IMG/VR virus record: IMGVR_UViG_2772190763_000002
Span: 2,601-66,600 of that record
DNA from: a virus
Lineage: Duplodnaviria; Caudoviricetes
Reading direction: 5' to 3' (one strand)
Length of the DNA stretch: 64,000 nt
This document shows positions 7,465 to 15,086 of this stretch, piece after piece. The notes beneath the pieces are model-generated. The model worked only from the letters and a program-made list of their open reading frames with translations. It had not been told where the DNA came from and did not search any database. The position numbers were made by a program, and so were the translations under genes. Position 1 is the stretch's first letter. Each line of letters opens with the position of its first letter.

Positions 7465-7776
7465 ATGACCCAGATTACCAGTGGAATGCTGGCGGATATG
7501 CACGCCCGCAGATTGAGCGGCGAGACGGTAGCGTCAATCGCGGCTGACTATAAGATCAAGCCGATGACAGCATATCAGCGCATGAGACGCACCTACGGTC
7601 TCGAGAACTATTCGGCGCACCCGCTCGTAGCGGCGAACGACAATCACCCCGACCGCATTACTCGCATGATCCCCCACAACGGCGGCTGCTCGACGACATC
7701 TGGATTGATGCCGGTTTCGCTGGCGCGGTCGGCCGACGCGGGCGGCGCAGGCGAAGAAGAGCGGGTGGCGGCATGA
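7465..7776 (+). CDS. Small HTH-like protein
   Basis: GETVASIAADYKIKPMTAYQR; AANDN motif; ends AA. Confidence 0.7.
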   Translation: MTQITSGMLADMHARRLSGETVASIAADYKIKPMTAYQRMRRTYGLENYSAHPLVAANDNHPDRITRMIPHNGGCSTTSGLMPVSLARSADAGGAGEEERVAA

Positions 7777-8087
7777 CCACAACACCAGAAACCACTTGCG
7801 ACTGCACCTTCTTCGACGAGGGCGATTGGGTTGAATCCCGCCTCAATACCGATGTGTTCGGTATCGTGGTCGGCGAGGCTGACTTCGGGCGTTACTACAA
7901 CGTCCAGCTTGCTGGCTCCATGGAGATCAAGCAGTTCTTTGCCGTCACGCTCCGCCACATGGACGTACAGGAGGACGAACCGCCTATGCCAGCCAAGGCC
8001 AAGGAAGACAACGAAAACGTCGTGCGTGTGGATTTCACCAAGGGCGCTCGCTTGCGTCCGGATAGCAAAACGGAAGGAGCAGCGTGA
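7773..8087 (+). CDS. Hypothetical phage protein
   Basis: 104 aa, coupled ATGA. Confidence 0.7.
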   Translation: MTTTPETTCDCTFFDEGDWVESRLNTDVFGIVVGEADFGRYYNVQLAGSMEIKQFFAVTLRHMDVQEDEPPMPAKAKEDNENVVRVDFTKGARLRPDSKTEGAA

Positions 8088-9154
8088 TGGGGAAGTTTAA
8101 AGTTGGGGATAGGGTGAAATCGCTGACTGGCGATAAGGAATATATCGGCGTCATCGGCACCATCATCGATGATGATGGGAGTTTCGTCCAATACAAAATC
8201 CAACTAGACAAACCGGTCGAGCGATGGGGCGACAGGACGATCTGGCGATCCGAAGATGGGCTCGAGCTCGTCACATGGCAGCCGAAGGTTGGCGATCGGG
8301 TTCATTATAAGGACCTTTACGTCGAAGGCGACGGCGTGATCAACTCGAAGAATGGCGATGGCGACAGAAGTCTTCACTGGTTTGTAGAGGTTGATGAAAA
8401 GGATCGGGAGCTTGCCTATTTCATTAGCGACACATGCCGCAAGTTTGCCACCACGTCCCTCTCTCCGCTACCCGTTGCCGCGGAAGCGCAACCGTTAGCC
8501 GCGTGGGTTCCTGCCGTGGGCGATCGGGTGCGGTTCGTCGAGAAATATGCGCACGCCAAGGTCGGTGACGAAGGTATCATTACTGGCCTTTGGGATGACG
8601 GCGTGGAAGTCGAGGCCAACGGGCAGATGTATAGCTGCTTTACGGGGCGGGTTGAGCCTGTCGAAGTTGCTGCACCCCTCACCATCACCGCCGGCAAATT
8701 CTACAAGACGCGCGACGGTCGCAAGGTCGGGCCGGCTGAGCGTGACGTTGATCACTACTATGCCAAAGATGGATTTGTTTGGCGCGTGGGCAATAGCACG
8801 TACAGTGACAGTGGTGCGTGCGGCTGGATTGAAGACGTCAAAGACCTCATCGCCGAATGGGTCGACGAGCCGGTTGTTGCCAACGACAACGGGTCGTTTG
8901 CCAGCCTGATTGGCAAGACCTTCACGGCCAAGGTTCGCATTCCCAATCAGCCTGCCATCGTCGCCCTCATCGAGAACGGCCAGCCCAAGCCATCGGAGCG
9001 GCCCGTTGTTCATGTCGACAAAGCAATGGCCACTACCGAGGCCGCGCGCCTTGCGATCAAGCATCCCGGCCAGCGTTTCGGCGTCTTCGTTCTTGCGGAT
9101 AGCAAGATCGCTGACGAAGTGATCACCAAGACGGCGGTTCTTCGCGCCGCCTAA
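8084..9154 (+). CDS. Modular protein with repeated KVGDRV (KOW/SH3-like) units
   Basis: FKVGDRV, PKVGDRV, AVGDRV modules. Confidence 0.75.
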   Translation: MMGKFKVGDRVKSLTGDKEYIGVIGTIIDDDGSFVQYKIQLDKPVERWGDRTIWRSEDGLELVTWQPKVGDRVHYKDLYVEGDGVINSKNGDGDRSLHWFVEVDEKDRELAYFISDTCRKFATTSLSPLPVAAEAQPLAAWVPAVGDRVRFVEKYAHAKVGDEGIITGLWDDGVEVEANGQMYSCFTGRVEPVEVAAPLTITAGKFYKTRDGRKVGPAERDVDHYYAKDGFVWRVGNSTYSDSGACGWIEDVKDLIAEWVDEPVVANDNGSFASLIGKTFTAKVRIPNQPAIVALIENGQPKPSERPVVHVDKAMATTEAARLAIKHPGQRFGVFVLADSKIADEVITKTAVLRAA

Positions 9155-9239
9155 CGGCTTACGGGCCGTTATCCACCCGCCACCACAGCAACACCAGCGC
9201 CGTGCGCCTACCGAGCGCACGGCTGAGAGGAGACTTATT

Positions 9240-9464
9240 ATGTCCAGACAGACAGAACGCGCGGAAGCGCGCCACCAAGCCAAGGTCGATAAGGCTAACG
9301 GCCGCGTTGCTGCGCGACCAGCGTTGAAGGCCACTGGCTACCCGCCCAACCGCTACTTGCCCGTACAGTCGTTCGGCAAGAAATACCCTTTCAGCAGCGC
9401 GCGCCAGAACGCCAAGTATGCGCGCGTCCATGCCGGCCACCAACTGCTGCAGGCCGCAGCATGA
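9240..9464 (+). CDS. Hypothetical phage protein
   Basis: GAGGAG RBS, 74 aa. Confidence 0.65.
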   Translation: MSRQTERAEARHQAKVDKANGRVAARPALKATGYPPNRYLPVQSFGKKYPFSSARQNAKYARVHAGHQLLQAAA

Positions 9465-9742
9465 CCAGCCGCACCCTACCGCCCATAACCGGCACGCCGC
9501 TAGACTTCGTGCCCATCGACGCGCCAGTACGCGCCACTACCCTAACTGTGTTCACGGCTCCCACAATCAAGCGAGCCGCCATAGCCGCCACCGTAGCGGC
9601 GTCCTGCATCGCATTGTTTGCCTATCCGGTCATCGGCCTAACCGCGCTCGCTCTCGGCGTCGTGGCGGCCTCTGTGTGGGCGGGCGGCAAGCTGGCTGAC
9701 AGGTTGAACGAACATGAGGGCGCCAGAAATGACAACCATTAG
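9461..9742 (+). CDS. Small membrane protein
   Basis: Two hydrophobic segments. Confidence 0.65.
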   Translation: MTSRTLPPITGTPLDFVPIDAPVRATTLTVFTAPTIKRAAIAATVAASCIALFAYPVIGLTALALGVVAASVWAGGKLADRLNEHEGARNDNH

Positions 9743-9842
9743 CGCGCCTCGCACCGCCACCCGTATGTGGCCGCCTAATCCGTTCAGTTGGTGGCCGGTC
9801 GTCATCGCTCTGCTGGTTATAGCAGCGGCGTTTTATTTCTAG
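9729..9842 (+). CDS. Small membrane peptide (37 aa)
   Basis: MTTISAPR...WWPVVIALLVIAAAFYF, translated by hand. Confidence 0.45.
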   Translation: MTTISAPRTATRMWPPNPFSWWPVVIALLVIAAAFYF

Positions 9843-9854
9843 GAAGGAGAAGAA

Positions 9855-10661
9855 ATGTCTGTTTTCGACAGATTGAAATCCAGCAAGCGCGTAAACCCTC
9901 CTGCTATCGCCATCTACGGCACGCCAGGCGTCGGCAAGACTTCGCTGGCCGCAGAATTCCCTAATCCGGTCTACCTCTTCGTTGAGGGCGAAGAGCCGCC
10001 GGATGGCGTCGAATTGCCGTCTGACCAGATCACTTCTTTCGCCGGCCTACTCGATACATTCGCCGATCTGCTTGAGCAGGAACACGAATTCCAAACCGTT
10101 ATCATCGACAGCCTAGATAAGGTTGAGCCGATGGTGTGGGCGGCAACGTGCGCCCGCAACGGATGGGATGTCATCGACAGCAACGACAAGGGCTCTCCGA
10201 CATCCTTCGGAAAGGGCTACCTTGGCGCCGATGTCGAATGGGGCGAATATTTCGAAGCCGTCGGCGCCCTGACGCGCGCCGGGATGTACGTCGTCCAAAT
10301 TCTCCACAGCGAAACGAAGAACTTCAACGACCCGCTCGTCGACTCCTACGATCGCTACCGGCCCAAGCTACAAAAGCGAGCATTGGATCTGGTCATCGAA
10401 AACTGCAAGGCGCTTCTTTTCATCAATCGCCGCACGTCCGTAAAGCAGGTTGAGGCTGCTTTCGGCGGCAAGAAGACCAGCAAGCCGGAAGGCATGTCAG
10501 GCTCTGAGCGCATCATTCACACCGACGAGCGCGCCGGATTCTTGGCGAAGAACCGCTTCAAAGGCGCGCCGGCTCAAATCCCCTACAAGGCGGGCCAGGG
10601 GTTTGCTGAGCTTTCCAAGTACCTGATGACGACGGCTACAGCCGCAAGCGAAGCCGCATGA
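9855..10661 (+). CDS. Sak4-like AAA ATPase (single-strand annealing recombinase)
   Basis: Walker A GTPGVGKT, Walker B VIIDS, FGKGY, AKNRF; next to DUF669 gene. Confidence 0.85.
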   Translation: MSVFDRLKSSKRVNPPAIAIYGTPGVGKTSLAAEFPNPVYLFVEGEEPPDGVELPSDQITSFAGLLDTFADLLEQEHEFQTVIIDSLDKVEPMVWAATCARNGWDVIDSNDKGSPTSFGKGYLGADVEWGEYFEAVGALTRAGMYVVQILHSETKNFNDPLVDSYDRYRPKLQKRALDLVIENCKALLFINRRTSVKQVEAAFGGKKTSKPEGMSGSERIIHTDERAGFLAKNRFKGAPAQIPYKAGQGFAELSKYLMTTATAASEAA

Positions 10662-10852
10662 CCGCCTTCACCTGCAACCCCGTCCAAGGCCGCAAGCACA
10701 AGGTCGCCCTATCCGGCGGCAAGTTCACCCTCGTCGCCGAGGTTGAGCGCGGCTTATGGGCAACCGTCACCAATGACAACAAACCGCTGGAGTTCGCCGA
10801 CAAGCGGCTGGCCTTGGCGAAGGCGAAAGAATTGTCGCGGGAGGCAGCCTAA
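10658..10852 (+). CDS. Hypothetical phage protein
   Basis: 64 aa, coupled. Confidence 0.6.
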   Translation: MTAFTCNPVQGRKHKVALSGGKFTLVAEVERGLWATVTNDNKPLEFADKRLALAKAKELSREAA

Positions 10853-11004
10853 TGTTCCACCAAGAGCAATGGTTCGCTTGGTATCCCGTCATCGTCAAAA
10901 CGCGCAGCGGCAGTCGTTGGGCGTGGCTTGAATACGTGCTGCGCGAATGTGCGCACACCGCATACGGTAGCGGCGCTTGGCGCTACTGCGCCCTCACCAA
11001 CTAA
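10852..11004 (+). CDS. Small Trp-rich hypothetical protein (50 aa)
   Basis: MFHQEQWFAWYPV...RWAWLEYV, GGAGG RBS. Confidence 0.5.
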   Translation: MFHQEQWFAWYPVIVKTRSGSRWAWLEYVLRECAHTAYGSGAWRYCALTN

Positions 11005-11026
11005 CCACCACCACAAGGAGACTAAA

Positions 11027-11608
11027 ATGGCCGCATTGGGCAAAAGCTTTGACGCTACGCAGCATGACACCACGCAGAGAGAATTCGCCGGCGAACTGCC
11101 GAACGGAATCTTTCGCCTCGAGATCGAGGCATCGGAAGTGAAGCCGACCAGCAAGGGCACCGGCACATACTTGGCAACGACGGTCACGGTCGTCGAGCCG
11201 GAAGAATACAAAGGCCGGAAAATCTTCAACAACAACTACAACCTCGAAAATGCAAATCCGCAGGCGCAAGAGATCGGACAGAAGCAGTTTGCCAGCCTTT
11301 GCCGCTCTATCGGCGTAACATCGGTGGAAGATTCCGAAGAGCTCCACTTCATGGCTTTCGTCGCCAAGGTTGGTCGCGGCAAGCCGTCGGTCGGCAAGGA
11401 TGGCAAGGAATATCCAGGCCGCGCGGAGATCAAGCGATACTTCTTCCCGGACGAGGAACTGCCGGAACTCGGCATCGACGCAATCCAGCCTGACGACGAG
11501 AAGCCTGCCGCTGCAAACGATAACAAGCCGGCTGCTCGCGCGCCGGCGAACGACAACAAGGCCGCAGCAGCTGCGCCGACTGGTCGCCGCCCTTGGGGTC
11601 AAAAGTGA
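11027..11608 (+). CDS. DUF669-family ssDNA-binding protein
   Basis: LPNGIFRLEIEASEVKPT...GRKIF..NYNLEN...; C-terminal RRPW; follows Sak4. Confidence 0.8.
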   Translation: MAALGKSFDATQHDTTQREFAGELPNGIFRLEIEASEVKPTSKGTGTYLATTVTVVEPEEYKGRKIFNNNYNLENANPQAQEIGQKQFASLCRSIGVTSVEDSEELHFMAFVAKVGRGKPSVGKDGKEYPGRAEIKRYFFPDEELPELGIDAIQPDDEKPAAANDNKPAARAPANDNKAAAAAPTGRRPWGQK

Positions 11609-11796
11609 TGGCTGCGCAAGACGAAAAGACTCTGAACATAATCCGCGGCAAGAACCTCGTTGGCGCAGCCGACAAGGTGGACGTCTTCAAGCTCTTCGAC
11701 CATATCGACGCGCTTGAGTTCATGTTGGACGAGGCGGACGCGGATGATTTCTTCGGCACGGAAGGATGGCGTCACCATCTCGGCCTAGACGCCTAA
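11608..11796 (+). CDS. Hypothetical phage protein
   Basis: DDFFGTEGWRH small acidic ORF. Confidence 0.6.
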   Translation: MAAQDEKTLNIIRGKNLVGAADKVDVFKLFDHIDALEFMLDEADADDFFGTEGWRHHLGLDA

Positions 11797-11852
11797 CACC
11801 AACCAAGCGGGTCGTACCAGCGGCCCGCCACACCACACAAGAGGAGACCACC

Positions 11853-12908
11853 ATGCGCTTAACCATCCCCAAAAGCGACCTAGCGCGCGTCCTGACCAAC
11901 GTCGGCCGCGTCGTCGAAAGTCGTACGACGATACCGATCCTATCCAGCGTTATGCTGACAGCAACAGCCGACCGCCTGCAGGTCACGGGCACGGACCTTG
12001 ATATCGTTGCCACCGACGCAGCGGTGGCCACTGTCAGCCAAGAGGGAACCCTTTGCGTCGACGCCAAGTTGCTGGCCGATATCGCGAAAAAATCGAGCGG
12101 CGATATTTCACTGTCCGAGGACAACGGACAGTTGATCGTAAAATCAGGCCGCAGCGTGTTTAAGTTGGCCACGCTGCCGGCGGCCGATTTCCCGACGCTC
12201 GGCGCAGACAAATACGACGCCACCTTCGATATCGATCTCGCAAGCCTGTTTGCGCCGGTTGCGTTTGCAATCTCCGATGAGCAGACCAGATACTATCTCG
12301 GCGGCGTTTTCTTCCACATCAAGGACGGCACCGCAACCGCCGTTGCAACAGACGGCCACCGTCTATCTCGGAACAAAGGCCCGTCCATTCCGGAATTTGA
12401 GGGCGTCATCGTGCCCAAGAAGACGGTCGGCCTTCTACCGAAGGGCGTCGTTTCCGTACAGGTAAGCACCGCCAAGATCAAAATTACCGCCGGCGATTTT
12501 GTTCTCACCAGCAAGCTTATTGACGGCACCTTCCCTGATTATCAGCGAGTCATCCCCACCGCGAACGACAAGTTGGTAACCGTCGACCGCGACACATTCA
12601 TGAAGGCTGCCGACCGCGTTGCAACGGTTTCGTCGGAGAAGGCTCGCGCTGTTAAGCTTAGCATTGCGGAGGGGTCTATTGGCTTCTCTGTATCTTCCGG
12701 CGATGCGGCCGCAAACGATGAAGTCGAGGCGGAGTATGATGGCGAGCCGATAGAGATTGGCTTTAACAGCCGCTATGTCACGGAAATCATGGGTGTGCTG
12801 CCCGCCGGCTCTGTCCAGTTGGCGCTTGCTGATGCTGGCTCGCCCGCCGTTATTACGGGCGGCGCGGAGGGGCTGACGCTTATCTTGATGCCTATGAGGG
12901 TGTCGTGA
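11853..12908 (+). CDS. dnaN: DNA polymerase III beta sliding clamp (phage-encoded)
   Basis: RTTIPILS, TDLD, ATDGHRL, SKLIDGTFPDYQRVIP, IGFNSRY, LMPMR. Confidence 0.95.
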   Translation: MRLTIPKSDLARVLTNVGRVVESRTTIPILSSVMLTATADRLQVTGTDLDIVATDAAVATVSQEGTLCVDAKLLADIAKKSSGDISLSEDNGQLIVKSGRSVFKLATLPAADFPTLGADKYDATFDIDLASLFAPVAFAISDEQTRYYLGGVFFHIKDGTATAVATDGHRLSRNKGPSIPEFEGVIVPKKTVGLLPKGVVSVQVSTAKIKITAGDFVLTSKLIDGTFPDYQRVIPTANDKLVTVDRDTFMKAADRVATVSSEKARAVKLSIAEGSIGFSVSSGDAAANDEVEAEYDGEPIEIGFNSRYVTEIMGVLPAGSVQLALADAGSPAVITGGAEGLTLILMPMRVS

Positions 12909-13204
12909 TGGCTAGGTTCATGGTCGATTACACATTCCACGGGCGCGCCAGCCGCACAATCGAAGCGGAATCGATGGAGGCCGCAGAGGCGCTCATCGAG
13001 GCGGAAGTCAATGAAGACGACTTTGAGATTGATGCCGACAGCATCGATGACGTCGACTTCAGCATCCAAGAGATGCACCCCATCACTCGTGATGGGCGTG
13101 AACTATGGACGACGTATGTGCGGAACGGCGACATTCGCGGCCACCAGTCCGCGCTAGCGTCTTCGCCATTGTTTGCGGTTGTGCAGCAAGGGAGCGATGC
13201 CTAA
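12905..13204 (+). CDS. Hypothetical acidic protein
   Basis: 99-aa coupled ORF. Confidence 0.65.
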   Translation: MMARFMVDYTFHGRASRTIEAESMEAAEALIEAEVNEDDFEIDADSIDDVDFSIQEMHPITRDGRELWTTYVRNGDIRGHQSALASSPLFAVVQQGSDA

Positions 13205-14139
13205 TGGCCCCCATTCCACCCACCATCTCAGCAACCCAGCGCGCCGTTCAAGGCGCGCTGGAACAACAAGGCGACGAATGGGAGTCCGTCGGCGTGCCTG
13301 CCGGCGACATCGGCCTAGAGTGCGATCGACAAATCTGGCTTGCCTTCCGGCGTGCGTCTGTTCCGGAAGTAATCACGTGGCGCAAGCGCCGGATCTTCGA
13401 GCGAGGCAACATCGAGGAAGAACGCCTTCTCGACCTGTTGCGACTCGTCGACGTTCAGGTGTGGGGCCAGCAGGACCGCGTTCGCGCGGCTGGCGGACAC
13501 CTTCGCGGGAAGATTGACGGCCGCGCGCTTGGCATCATTGAGGCGCCTACCAAGGAGCATATCGTCGAGTGCAAGAGTGCAAAGGACGACATCTTTAAGA
13601 AGGTCAAGAAGCACGGCGTCAAAGTCGGTAAGCCCGAGCACTACGCAACTTTTCAATTCTATATGTTCGGGACAGGAGTCGACCGCGTCTACTACATGAT
13701 GTCGAACAAGAACGACGAGGATCTACATTTCGAGCGCGTGCCTTACGACGCCGATTTCGCAATCCGCCAGGTCGCCAAGATCGAACGCATCATCAACATG
13801 CCAGAACCGCCAAGCCGTCTGTGCAGCAAGCGTGACGACTTCCGCGGCACGTTCTGCCGACAGGCTGCAGTCTGCTGGGGCGAAACAATGCCAAGGGCGC
13901 ATTGTCGTAGTTGTCTGCATTCGACTCCGCTGATGGATGGTAATGCGGGCTGGGATTGTTCACGTCATAGCAAGCCTTTGTCCCTGAACGAACAAGACGA
14001 GGGCTGCCCTGCCCATTTGTATATCCCTGCGATGCTTGTTGGATATGAGCAAATCGATTGCTCGGAAGCCGACGAGACAATCAGTTATCGCCGTCCTGAC
14101 GGCACACTTTGGATTGACGGCGCAACCAACGCCAACTGA
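13204..14139 (+). CDS. Cas4/YqaJ-like PD-(D/E)xK exonuclease
   Basis: CDRQIW, GKIDG, VECKS, C-terminal Cys cluster (FCRQAAVC, HCRSC). Confidence 0.8.
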   Translation: MAPIPPTISATQRAVQGALEQQGDEWESVGVPAGDIGLECDRQIWLAFRRASVPEVITWRKRRIFERGNIEEERLLDLLRLVDVQVWGQQDRVRAAGGHLRGKIDGRALGIIEAPTKEHIVECKSAKDDIFKKVKKHGVKVGKPEHYATFQFYMFGTGVDRVYYMMSNKNDEDLHFERVPYDADFAIRQVAKIERIINMPEPPSRLCSKRDDFRGTFCRQAAVCWGETMPRAHCRSCLHSTPLMDGNAGWDCSRHSKPLSLNEQDEGCPAHLYIPAMLVGYEQIDCSEADETISYRRPDGTLWIDGATNAN

Positions 14140-14176
14140 CCAGCCTCACCAGCCAACCACCACAAGAGGAGATAAT

Positions 14177-14668
14177 ATGACCACCACCACAGCAAGGCCA
14201 CCCGAATTCGACGCCCGCCTCATGGCCTACTACAGCCATCTTAAGCGGCGCGCTTACAAGCTTACCAACAACAAATCAGAGCAGGAAGAACTGCCGCAGG
14301 ACACGATCGCCTATATTCTCGGCCATTGGGAATCCTTCCGTCCCGACGGCGGCTTTTACAATTGGATCATCTTGTGCATGCGCCACGTTGCGCAGAACAA
14401 GCGCCGACGCGAAGAGGTGCGGTCGCGGTACGCGCCAACCACCAATGACGAGCGCGCCATGCTGAGCCACCCTGTGCCTGCAGATCAGGAGGATTACGCG
14501 GACCTATCGCGCACGCTGGCCGACATGAATAGTCGCAACGGTGGCGCGTTGTTGCGGCGCGCAATGGGCGACACGCTCGACGAGATCGGCGCGCGCCTGG
14601 GAGTTGGTCGCGAAAGAGCGCGCCAGATTACCGAGAAAGAGCGTGCGCGGTTGAGGGCTGCGGCGTGA
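14177..14668 (+). CDS. ECF sigma-like transcription factor
   Basis: Region 2-like AYKLTNNKSEQEELPQDT...FYNWI; region 4 HTH TLDEIGARLGVGRERARQI. Confidence 0.8.
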   Translation: MTTTTARPPEFDARLMAYYSHLKRRAYKLTNNKSEQEELPQDTIAYILGHWESFRPDGGFYNWIILCMRHVAQNKRRREEVRSRYAPTTNDERAMLSHPVPADQEDYADLSRTLADMNSRNGGALLRRAMGDTLDEIGARLGVGRERARQITEKERARLRAAA

Positions 14669-14853
14669 AGGCGCGCGCTGTACTGGCCGCTGTTGCCAAC
14701 GACAACCTCCACCCCCGCGACATCATAACCGTCGAGCAGTTAGCCGCATTGCGTGCCGCCGGCTGGATCGTGGTGCGCAGCGACGCGATTAGGTTGGCAC
14801 AACTTCACGCCGCTGACGAGGTGCGGGAGAAATATGAGCGGGAGTGTGGGTGA
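14665..14853 (+). CDS. Hypothetical phage protein
   Basis: 62 aa, ANDN motif. Confidence 0.55.
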   Translation: MKARAVLAAVANDNLHPRDIITVEQLAALRAAGWIVVRSDAIRLAQLHAADEVREKYERECG

Positions 14854-15086
14854 TGGGCAATGATGGCGAACTGCCTGAATGGGTAAAGCCCGGCGCGTCC
14901 TTTTCGTACGAGTACGGCGAAGGCAACCACAATACGGGTCGGCTATTTCATGTGCGCGGCATTGTTGATGGCCTAGCCGTAATCAGGGAATGGTCGAAAA
15001 CCAAGCGGAGGTGGCGGTATACAACGGAAGACGGCTGCTATTTCGCAATGTTCTCCGCCCACATCGTAATCCGGAGGGCCGCATGA
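14853..15086 (+). CDS. Hypothetical phage protein
   Basis: Coupled ORF ending AA. Confidence 0.6.
   Translation: MGNDGELPEWVKPGASFSYEYGEGNHNTGRLFHVRGIVDGLAVIREWSKTKRRWRYTTEDGCYFAMFSAHIVIRRAA

Noticed and set aside
13204-14139. Cas4 as CRISPR adaptation gene linked to the RAMP array
   Set aside because: Sits in the Sak4-DUF669-helicase recombination block typical of phages, 9 kb from the array
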